NCBI RefSeq assembly: GCF_004010195.1
Contig: NC_057719.1
Location: 47,865,748 to 47,929,747, forward strand
Source of the DNA: Chiloscyllium plagiosum
Taxonomy: Eukaryota
Direction: 5' to 3'
Length of the DNA: 64,000 bases
Shown here: piece by piece, positions 26,101 through 38,100 of the stretch
How positions within the stretch are numbered: position 1 is the first letter of the stretch
Layout: the number at the start of each line of letters is the position of its first letter
Notes under the pieces: model-generated
Told to the model about the DNA's origin: nothing
Seen by the model: only the letters and a program-made list of their open reading frames with translations
Databases searched by the model: none
Translations under genes and position numbers: made by a program

Positions 26101-29100
26101 GAAAAGGTGGAAGTTAAATAAAAATTCACAGGATATATATGTCAGCAAATCTGGAAAAAGGTCAATGCTAAGTACAATATATCTTCCTACAAAAAGGTTT
26201 CGAAACACAAATTAACATTTTGTCCTAACAATCAACAACGCAATTTAGTAAATAGAGTTCCCACGCAATTTATTTAGATCAAATATTAAATCATCACTAA
26301 CTAGCTTTAACAAGTTATTTCCAAAAATTCAAACAATTAATCCAACATTTGTAGTATAATTGGCCCTACCAAATAATCAATTTTACCCATGCAATCTTGG
26401 TTGGTACTTTGCTACATGGAGAAATATTTTAAAAAGTGGCATAGTTATCCAAAACCAAATTCAATCATCTACCAATTAACAAAATACTGGGAAACAGCTG
26501 ATTCTACTATTGTGTGAAGTTAAAATAGAGTGAAGAAAGAAAAAGTATTTTCTCCTCTGTACTCGGTTTAAAGTTAAAAAAAATCACAACACTAGGTTAT
26601 AGTCCAACAGGTTTAACTGGAAGCACATTAGCTTTTGGAGCGCCATTACAACCACCTGAAGAAGCGACGCTCCGAAAACTAGTGTGTTTCCAATTAAACC
26701 TGTTGGACTATAACCGAGTGTTGTATGATTTTTAACTTTGTACACCCCAGTCCAACACCGGCATCTCCAAATCATGAGTACTCTGTTTAGACCTGCAGCC
26801 CTCCTGACTGAAGAATACTTTGGCGAGCTGAAAAAGTAGTGTTCGCCTTTAGGTTGCAAAATAATCTCGATCAAGCCATTTAAATAGCTACATATCCTCT
26901 TTGAAGCTGGAATTGGTTGCTACAACATTTTTGTTAAATAAATATCATTTAAGATGCATCTGGACAGATGCACGAGTAGGTGGGGAGCAGAGGGATACAA
27001 ATGCTTAGAAATTGACCGACAGGTTTAGACAGTACATTTGGATCGGCTCAGGCTTGGAGGGCCGAAGGGCCTGTTCCTGGGCTGTAAATTTTCTTTGTTC
27101 TTTAATTCAACATTTTATAAATTTATTGCTTCATTGAATAAACTGCAGAAAACATGTGTCTTGATATTAAATGTCAGGAAGTAAACATCTTTAATTATCT
27201 AATTTTTCTTTTAAATGATCCATACCTCATTCCTATTTTCACTTCTTGTAGTGGGAAAATCAGACGTGTCAGTTCAAGGACATGTTTCCAGCGGTTGCGG
27301 GCGAGGTGTTCTTGTCGATTCCAGAACTCGACATTTTTCTTCTCAACCAAATCACCAAGTTTACGGATGAGTCTCTGAATTTTGTCTTTTTTTTCCTGAT
27401 GCCGTTGGGCCCGACGTTGTAACTTTTGGTTGTCTTCCTGATTTTTACATACTAATTCCTTCTCTAAATTTAGCAACAAATTTAGAAGTTAGTAGCACTA
27501 CTTTCTTTGTCATCTTCCAAACATTAAATTTCAATAATTTGTTTGCAATTTTCCAGTTACGCCTCCAGACCTTGGTCAATGTGGTTTTAAACCACATGTG
27601 CCAAAGCAATTCAGGTTACTTTCTTTCCAATTTGCTTCCCTAATTCAAGGCTGACATATGATAAGAGCTCCTTTAGAACAGGCTTCTTTTTAAACTTGGA
27701 AAAGAAATGAAATTTCTGATGTCTGTATAGCAAAATAATGTGCTGATCTTTTTCAGGATTTTTTTCTCCAAGCTTAAAGAGTATGTACGACATAACTGTT
27801 TCATTATCCGACGTATAACAAAAGGAAATATTGACCATTATTATGTCTCCTTGTTATTGTTTTCCCATTATAAATAGAATGTTCAAGAGTCTGGCAGAAA
27901 GCACTTGTTTATAATGTTTCCTTGTGTACCAACTGTCACGCTTACAGCATATACCCATGAACACAGGATGATAGGCATTTTAACTTTTTAAAATGCAGCA
28001 AGGAATATGGACAATTTTCACTTGTCCCATGATGGCGTCCAGAGTGGTAAGGGAGTTTGCACTTTCTGTATAGACAGTTCAATGAAGAGTCATTAAAATC
28101 TAAATGTCAACATGGAGCATTTGATTTCACCAACACCACCACCTATAGATGTTCAGCCACAACCACAAATGATAACACATCTCCCACCTCCCATTACCTT
28201 AAAAAAAAACGAGGGAGAGAGAAACACTTCAAGCCTGTCGCATTTTCACCTTAACGTGGCCAAATAGATTTTTTTTTATTATTATGTAGGTGTCATTAGA
28301 TGAGTTAGCATTTATTGTCCATAACATATTGCCCTAAGACTGAGTGGCTTGCTAGGCAATTTCAGAGGCCAGTTAAGAGAGTCAACCACATTGCTCTGGG
28401 TCTAGAGTAACAGATTTCCTTCTGCAAAATAAAAAAAGGACATATATGAACCAGATGGGTTTTAACAATATTCTGCCACGGTCACCAATAGAATAGGTTT
28501 TAATCTCAGATTTTCTTTTTAAACTGATTTCAAATTTCACTACTTTCTATGTTGAGATACAAATAAATGTCCCAAATATTAGGTACTCTGAATTAAGAGT
28601 CTAGTGACATTGCCACAGCACAGCCTCAACTATAACTCGGTAAATCTTTTAAACACACCTTTGCTAGACAAAGAGCAGGAAAGTCTCTTGGTCAGTAATG
28701 CTTGAGGCTAAGTGGCAAGACAATGCGGACTTCTTTTAGGAAACTTTAGCACACAAAACAAACACAAGATTTGCTTTATTTGGAATGTAATTTCCTTTCA
28801 AGTAAATCAAAATAGCCAGTAAAAGTTTTGAAAATTAAGTGGATTATTTAAGTTGAGCTATGTTAAATTCTGATATAGTTGAAAATTTAAAAGGAGGAAC
28901 ATTTAAAAAAAATAGAAAATTCAAAGCAATATTCAAAAAAGTACTCAGCACTCAAAGAAGGTTATTTGATTAATTAATATTCCAGAACAAAGAGAAAGCT
29001 TGTTAAGACTTTGGAAAATAGCTAAGGGCAGATGTCAAAAATCAAGCAAACTAACCTTTTCCTGTTCCTTAAATGTCTTCTGCACTTATTTTATCTTAAA

Positions 29101-32100
29101 CTCCCTCTAATTTTTTTTTTCCCAGCAGGCTGTTATCTTTTCATTTCCAAAATACATATTAACTTTACGTCTCATGTAATACATTTCTTCACACTATCCT
29201 TCAAGGACTCCCAATTTCATTTCCATAACAGCTATCAGTGCTCTTAATAGATATTAAATGCCATAGACTTAAATGATCTGGGCACAGTAGCACCTCAAAC
29301 TCTACACTGCCCCTTCTATTGTTCAGACTCAAAAGAAGGTGCATATTCCCACAGACTACATCCATAAGATTTTTACATGTCTCCTACCAAACCAAAGTGT
29401 CATTTTCTTATGGATTGTGGAACTAAGCTATAAAATTCAGTACCTAAATAAACAGAACTAGAGGATTTCAGAGCTTGGGTTGGTACAATACTTTAAACCA
29501 TGGAGACAAAAGCATGAGGTCAAATGAGGTAAAGAAAATAAATACATTCAAAAATGGTAGGGATAGGACAAATAATGCAATGGAAAAAGATGGACAGTGC
29601 AGCAGCCTAAGTAGACAAATAATTTAGAGGTTCTTAGTTCATCACATGCCATGGAATTGAATTCCATGAATCTGATAGTTTGTCAGGAGTATCTCAGTAA
29701 ATCAACATGGATCAAAATGTCTGGCTAAAAACAGTTGTAAAGGCTTTAACTCTATCTTCCGCATTTACAAATTAAACCTCTTCCTGTCATTACTTAATTT
29801 ATTGTTCACTATTATTCAAGGCTGCTGATCTACTTGTTGGGGTATTGCTTAACTATCAGTAGCAAGCTGCTCCTGCTGTTTAGCATGCATTTTTGTGTTG
29901 GAGTTTCCAAGAGTTGGCTCATTTTTAGATACACTTGGTGTTGCTCTGACTATTGTCTTCTACAATCATCAGTGAACCTAGCTGATACCCCAACTGGATG
30001 GTTACGGATATGCCAGGCAAATAGGTTATGGATGCTGGTTTAATGTAGTTCTGCTGCTGTTGCTCACAGACCTCATGGAAGCCCACGTTCAATGGCTACA
30101 TCTGTCCCATTTAGCACTGATTATGTTACAGCACAATGCAGAGCATTCTCAACCGATCAATTTTGGCACTTACACACAACTCTGCAATATGTAGAACGGT
30201 GAGGGTGATGTTAAAGTTATTTTTTCCATTGCGTTGGTTTTCACACGAATGATGGCAGGAACAGTGTGGCAGCTATGTCCTTCATAGCTCAGCCAATGCA
30301 TCCAGTTGCAATATATCTGAGCCAGGCTTGCCAATGGAATTTTAAGTCTCCACATTTTTGCTCATTTTCTGTGCCATTGTGATTATCAATGCTTCCTTCA
30401 AGTGAGGTTCAACAATGGAAAGAGTGCGGATTCATCAAATGGGGGAGTACAGATGGTAACCAGGTTGTTTCCTGGTCTATAACTGCTCTTATGCAAATGA
30501 GATTCCATGAGATTTGGAGTCAATGATGAGGACTAGTAGGGCCACTCCCTTCTCTGTTGAAGGTGTTAGCTGAAAAGGTTCGGTTCAGAGAGAATAATTG
30601 TCAGACTGTTACTAGACTAATCCATGGATGGCAGCTCCCAATTTTGGTTCATCTCACTAAAATGCGAAGATGTACTTTGTAGAGTTTGCTGGGCTCATAT
30701 ATTTGTGATATCACGTCTTTGTCATCTGTGTGCCTTGGTAAATCGGGTGGTCAACAAGTTTTATTCTTATCCTTTGAAAAGGACGTCTTGTGCAATAAGT
30801 GATTTGCTAAGCCATTCCAAATAGTAATTCACAATCAACCACATTGGAGTCAGACACAGTGAGAAGGTAGAATGTTTCCTTCTCTACAGACATTGTTCTC
30901 CAAAAACAAACAAACAGTCATGTTCCAAGGCAAGCTGTGCCAGTATGGCTACAACACTGGCATCTACTCAAAGTGGAGGACCGCAGAGGCATTTATTACC
31001 CTCAAAGGGCAAAACCAACTAGCCCATTTTATTCCTGATCATGATAAAAATCATGAAAAAATGTCACTGACAGTGCTATCACACCACACTTCATCAGGCC
31101 ACATCTGATGCCCAGACTGGCTTTCACCAGAGACACCCAGCTCCTGACCTGATTACAACTTTGGTTCAAAATTGGACAAAACAGCTCAACTCCAGAGATA
31201 AGGCAAGTGTCAACGCACTTGATATCAAAGCAACTTCTTTTTAAACCATGTATGACATCAAATAAACCCCAGCAAAACTACAGTCAATGGAAATCACACA
31301 AAAAACAATTTACTGAGTAAAGTCATATCTAGCATAAAAAGAAGCCAATCAAGGTAGCATCACTCACATTGCATGAAAAAAAAGGATGTTTCTAACAATC
31401 TGGTAGTTTCCTAATCAGCATGTTGATTCTAGTTTTTAATCACTTAAATCAATTGAAGTTAAATTTTTCAGATGCTATGGTGGAACTGGAACTCATATCA
31501 CTATCATTAGTTCAGGCATTTGAATTACGAGGTCAGTTAACACACCACTACACTACAGGTGTAATGGACCAGTTGCATTCCTCTGCAATCTCACACTATA
31601 GAAAATTGCACTGTAGAAGACTGCTAATAGGAAATCTCTATACCCTTTCAGGGGACAAGTTCGCATTATGCAAACAACTTTCACAATTCGTCAACCACGT
31701 TTTAGCCAATTCACACTGACGAAACACACGTCATAGCAGTACAACCTGTACAGTCATAAACATGGTAAAACAGCTGTCCACATATTTTGTTGAAGTTTGC
31801 ATTCCTTGAACTGCAGAGAACAGAGGTGAGTTGTGCCAGACAGTAATTCCATCATGACAGCATATCATAGTTTTAATTATTGATACAATATCAAATGTTA
31901 AGATGAGGATATATCTGAACAGTTTAGCAGCTGCAGAAATGTGGTAAACAGAGGGAAAAAGGCTAATATGGCTGAGAATTCACAATAAGTAGTGAATTGG
32001 TACAGAATGTTTCTCTACTGGCAACACCCAAAAGTAATATTGTTCAGAATGGGAATCAAATACAGAGGAACCTTGATTATCCGAATAACAATTATCCGAA

Positions 32101-35100
32101 AATCGGATTATCCAAAAGGAGATCGAGGTCCCAATGGAAACATTACACCAAAGACATGTTTCCAACAGTGATCGCGTCTTTTGTATACAGTGATAAAACA
32201 GGCACCATCTCCAAATGACTGACCTCCTGCCCGCTCTCTCTCTCTCCAGACTTTCACTGGAGTTCTACAGAGGGGTGTACCCTAACGCCACCCCTTCCCT
32301 AACTAATCTCTTCAACATTGTCCTGTACAGGGCAAATGTGGAACCTGTCAAAATGTTGCAGTAAAAAGCTGTGGCTGTGTGTCTGGTATTTTAAGACTTA
32401 ACCCCCCAAACGCAGCAGCAGCCTTGCTGTTTGTGTCCAGTCCAGCTGCCCCAGAGATGGGGCGGTGTTGGATGGGGTTTGGGGGGGGGGGGGGGGGGCA
32501 GCCTTTTGCACGCTGTGTGCTGCTGCGAGTCTCCTGAACAGGAAGCAGACGTTAAAAACGCCGAGCCTTCGAGGAAAGGCATTTAAAAATAACCGAACGA
32601 AGTAGTGCCTGCCCATCACGTTCAGATAAAATCGAGGTTCCCCTGTAGTGGGCAGACAGAGATGCAAGAGTTTTTTTAATCTCTGTATGGTAACAACGAG
32701 GCCCTGTAAAATAAAAGAGCCAATGAGTGGGTATATGAATACCAAGCAAGAGATAACAGATTGACATTAAGGAAGTATAGGAAGAAAATGAACAAAAGGA
32801 GAAAGAACAAATAAATTGAGCTGGAGTTGACATCAATAAGGAAGAAAAGTGACTGAAGCTGTGAAGATAATTGATCAGACACAGTTATGTTAATTGGGTG
32901 AAGTGGTAATACAAAGATGAGAAAAGCATGCAAAACTTATAAAATAGGCATCAACTGTAGTAGTGTGTGTTCAATTCATGGAGTTGAGGAACCATATTAA
33001 GGGCTTGGTTAGAACATAAAAGCATTAACTGAAATTGCATCAGAAATGAGTAAGTTCAATTCTATGGAGACCAAAGAAGCTGAGATTCTTCTGAGCAACA
33101 AAGGTGTGGTGGTTTGATAAAACTGTTCAAAACCATGAGTGGCTTTGATAAATAAAGATAAATTGTTTCTGTGGCAGAAGGACCTCTCACTGGATCTAAG
33201 GTAATTGGCAAAAAAAAAGTGACAGGATTAAAACCATTTAGAAAAAACACTAGGATCCAGAATCAAGTACCAACAATATGGTAAAATATCCAAAACAGAA
33301 CTGAATAAAAACTTTTAAAGGAAAACAAAACAAGATTTTGGGGAAAGAGCGGGGGAGAGGATTAATTGGTAGCTTTATTGAAAGCCAGCACAGACAGGAT
33401 AAGCTGTCTTCTGTAAATGCAACTGGCACAATCATGACCCAGGAATACAGCAGGATACAAGACGGGATGAATGATAAGCCTAATTTCACGGTTTCTAATC
33501 TAAACTATGAATGATTAAATCTTAAATCTAGATCATAAGACCATAAGACATAGGAGCAGAAATTAGGCCATTCAGCCCATCAAGTCTGCCCCACTATTCA
33601 ATCATGGCTGATAGGTTTCTCAACCCCATTCTCCCTGCTTGATCCCCTTGATAATCAAGAACCTATCTCAGTCTTAAATCTACTCAATGACCTGGCCTCC
33701 ACAGCCTTCTGTGGCAATGAATTCCATAGATTCACCACTCTCTGGCTGAATAAGGTTCTCCTTATCTCCGTTTTAAAAAAGTCTTCTCTTTACTCTAAGG
33801 CTGTGCTCTCGGGCCCTAGTCTCTCCTACCAACAGAAACATCTTCCCAACACATACTCTGTCCAGGCCATTCTGTACTCAGTATTCTGTATTTTTCAAAT
33901 TAGATTTCCCACCCAATCTTCTAATCTCCATTGAATATTGACTTAGAGTCCTCAAATGTTCCTCATAAATTAAGCTTTTCATTCCTAGGACCATTCTCGT
34001 GAACCTCCTCTGAATCCAATCCAGGGCCAGTATATCCATCCTATGATATGGGGCCCAAAACTGCACACGCACTAGTCGAACTGTGATCTGACCAGAGCCT
34101 TATAGAGCTTCAGAAGTACATCCTGCTTTTATATGGATATTCATAAAGCTATTTCCCATTTAGTAAATAATTAAGATAAATTTCTAATTATCTTGTGCAG
34201 TTACAAAAAGTGTAAAGCTTACAAATAATAAAATCCAGCCACCAAAAACTTGACAATAATTGTTGAGAATTCCACTCACCTTCCTAATTACATCAATTTC
34301 ATTTCTTAGCAACTATTGCATTGAGGCCTATTGTTATGTATATCAAGAACCAATAGCTAAGTAAGTGACACACAAATTTTCAGAGGCAAAGTACTGTTCA
34401 TCCAAGTAAATGACTCTAAACACAAAACTACAGAAATAACAAACATGTAAAAGACCCAAGTATAAGTGACCTTACAACAAGAATAGCCCTTTTTGCTGTT
34501 ATTTTGACATTCAGAACATTAATGAATGATTTGTGCGAGGATAGCACATTAGCAGAAATGCACTGCAGAAAGATACAATGCAAACTTCTATTAGCAATTT
34601 TGCACTTGAGTTTTCTATATTCAGTTATGCCAAGCATCTGATCATATATTAATACGAGAACATCCTGAATGTCAGCAGGAATGGTAGATTAGAGGCACAT
34701 TAACCTGGTTACCTGCATGCACTCCCACGACTGATTATACATATAACTGACAAGCATCTTTGAGCAGCAAGTATAGGTGCACAGCCTCAACCAAAGAAAA
34801 GTGCATAGTGAGCTAGAAAGTAGAAATGAGGATCAACACTATATTTTGGATCAATAATTCGATAACCCATTCACAAATATCTTAAGTAATTTTTAAAGCA
34901 ATTTTCACTAAGCTTCTCTACCTCTTTGGACTTCCGCATTCCCACAACATATTGCATCCTTTAGCTGTTCAATCCTGATTTTGCACGACATAATCTTCCA
35001 TTTCTGAAAATAAAGATAGAATTTATTACTTGACAGCTCAAGTATACAAAGGAAACAAATAAAATCAAATTTCTAATTGCTCAACCTCCCTAAAGATCAA

Positions 35101-38100
35101 TTGCCTTTTTCTAAAGCTGAAGTGAATTAGAATATATTTTCTGTTGCTGACATTCAGAGATTTGGGCTAGATATACAGGAATCTGCTATGTAATGACCCT
35201 GTAAGTTGCATGCTAAAATAATAACAAAAATTGCTAACAAAACTCAGCAAGTCAGCCAGCAACTGTGGAGAGAAACAGAGCCAGTGTTTCAAACTTTAAC
35301 TCTCTGCAGTTGCTGTCTGCGCTTTGCCAACTGTTTTTATTCTTATTTCAGGTTTCCAGTGTCTACAGTACTTCACTTTCAAACTTGTAAAGCTGTGTAA
35401 CTCAAGATTTAATTAACTCAATTAATTAATCTGGAGCACCACAACTGGCACTAGTATTGTTTTTGTTTTGGCATTTTGACCTATTAATATTTGTGGAAAT
35501 CACAATTTAGAGAAGCTAGTTGTTGACTATGAGACTTGGAGTGGAATCCAGGGGTGGTAATAGTAAAAATCTTCAAGGGTATCCGAACTATGACGACAAT
35601 GAGTGTTGGGATCCGGGAATAGAAATTTACGAATATTGAACCTGCTAAAAAATAACTATCGAAAGGCAAACAAATTATAAAATTTGTAACCATAACCCCT
35701 AATTAGAATTCTGAATGCAGTTGTGCATTGGGACAAAAGTGGGGGATAGGTAGGGTATAGGCTTGCTCGCTGAGCTGTCGGTTTGATATCCAGACGTTTC
35801 GTCATCTGGCTCGGTAACATTATCAGTGGTGACCTCCAAGTGAAGCGAAGCTGTTGTCTCCTGCTTTCTATTTATATCTTTCTCCTGGATGGGGTTCCTC
35901 TGGTTTGTGGTGATGTCATTTCGTGCTCGTTTTCAGATGCGTTGATAGATGGTATCTAGATCTATGTGTTTGTTTATGGCGTTGTGGTTGGAGTGCCAGG
36001 CCTCTAGGAATTCTCTGGCATGTCTTTGCTTAGCCTGTCCCAGGATAGATGTGCTGCCCCAGTCAAAATGGTGGTTTTTGTCATCCATGTGTAGGGCTAC
36101 GAGGGAGAGAGGATCGTGTCTTTTTGTGGCTAGCTGGTGTTCGTGTATCCTGGTGGCTAACCTTTTTCCTGTTTGTCCTACGTAGTGTTTGTGGCAGTCC
36201 TTGCATGGAATTTTGTAGATGACGTCGGTNNNNNNNNNNNNNNNNNNNNNNNNNNNNNNNNNNNNNNNNNNNNNNNNNNNNNNNNNNNNNNNNNNNNNNN
36301 NNNNCTCAGGATATACTGCTGCAGTGTCCTCTTCTCAACGAATGGCCTCCTTCCCATCTCGTTGCTCAGAAGTGAATCATCAGCATTTAGTTGCATTCTT
36401 AGTACCTCTCCTAATTAAGCAATCTATGCCATCTGAATCACAACATTGGTAACATCCAGCATCAGGCTGACAAAAGACAAAGAATTCACACATGTAGATG
36501 CTCGACAATGTTCATTTCCAAGAAAAAAAAGAGAGATTCACTTCCTGTGTTTACTTTCAATAGTTCCACCTTCAACAAGATACCATCTTTTTTTAAGTAT
36601 GGGGTTCTCTCCATTAAAATTTCAAGGTATAATAGCATGCCTGAATAATAAAAACCGCTTCAAATCCAGCTGTCCAAAAACAAGACACTTTTATAACTTC
36701 CATACATCAACTGAAGAGTGAAATCAAAGAAATCAATTCAGCTAGGTACCCCATTGGTGCAGTGTGGTTCCAAACTAGTTACTGGCCTCACACACTCCTC
36801 TAGCACATACTCCAAAGGACACTAACCCAGCAAGCTTGATCTGACCGCCCAACTCAAAAATTGATAATACTCAAAATCCGGTACAGGTTTGGTCCAGAGG
36901 TTGCTAAATCTGAGGTGCTGTTCCTGCACATCGAAATCCTTTTGATTTTAGAGGTGGATACGAACACTGATCCAGTAATCTGAATAAATACACACATTAA
37001 ACAATGCAGTTGTTACTATGTACTAAAAAGACATACAAAAACTCACCAGCTGATCAGATTTCCACTTGCCTTCAATAGCTTTTATAACTCTGCAAAACAA
37101 TAAACAGAACTGAGAGCATAATTGATTATGCAGAAGTACACAAAAAGCATTATCACACCAAATGCATTTTTGCTCAAATGTTCAACCTAAATGATCCTTG
37201 CAAAATTACAGCCACATATTCAAGTAAATTATGCATAAAATTAGAACATTAATTCTTACTGTTGCTGATATTTTTCCTTCTCATTCCTCAAGTGTTTTAA
37301 CCGTTCCATCTTGTCAACATACCTGAGAGAAATCAAATGTCAGATTTCAATTCTTGTATTTTTGAGCAGCCAATGCAATTGCTGATTTAGTGCACAGCGT
37401 ACAAAATGTTTATTTTTAAAGACAATCCAAAACCCTTCCACAGCACATTTTCAGGATACTCATTTAATTTTGGTCAACATTTTAGGTCAATTTAACCAAG
37501 AAGTTGTTATTACACACAAAAGGTTATACTAAATTTGGAAATTTGATTGAACCTTTTCCAAAATATAATGGAAACAAATACTAAATGAATCAGTTAATTT
37601 GTCACGTGAATTATAAACAATATATTTCATGATAATTACTATTGGAACTATTGTAGACCTAACTACTCCTGGACAGATAACCCTGCCAAAAATTCATCCT
37701 TGACTGGAAGAGCGGGGTGCTGGAAAAGCTCAGCCAGTCAGACAGCATCCAAAGACCAAGAGTCAATGTTCTGGGTATACGCCCATCTCATTCCTGATGA
37801 AGAGCTTATGCCCGAAACGTCGACTTTCCTGCTCCTCAAATGCTGTCTGACCAGCTGTGCTTTTCCAGCACCAAAGTCTTCGACTCTGATCTCCAGCATC
37901 TACAGTCCTCACTTTCTCCAATAATTCATCCTGGCTGTATATTTCAGCCTCTTATAAAAGTCAGATCACAATTACACATTCAGATTTAAGTAATGTTTTA
38001 CAATACGTCCAAATGTTCAGAGCAAAATGGAGCTCTCAGTATACTACACAGCATGCAGTTATCTTTTGCCCTTTAGAGTATCATTGACAATAGGTTTGGA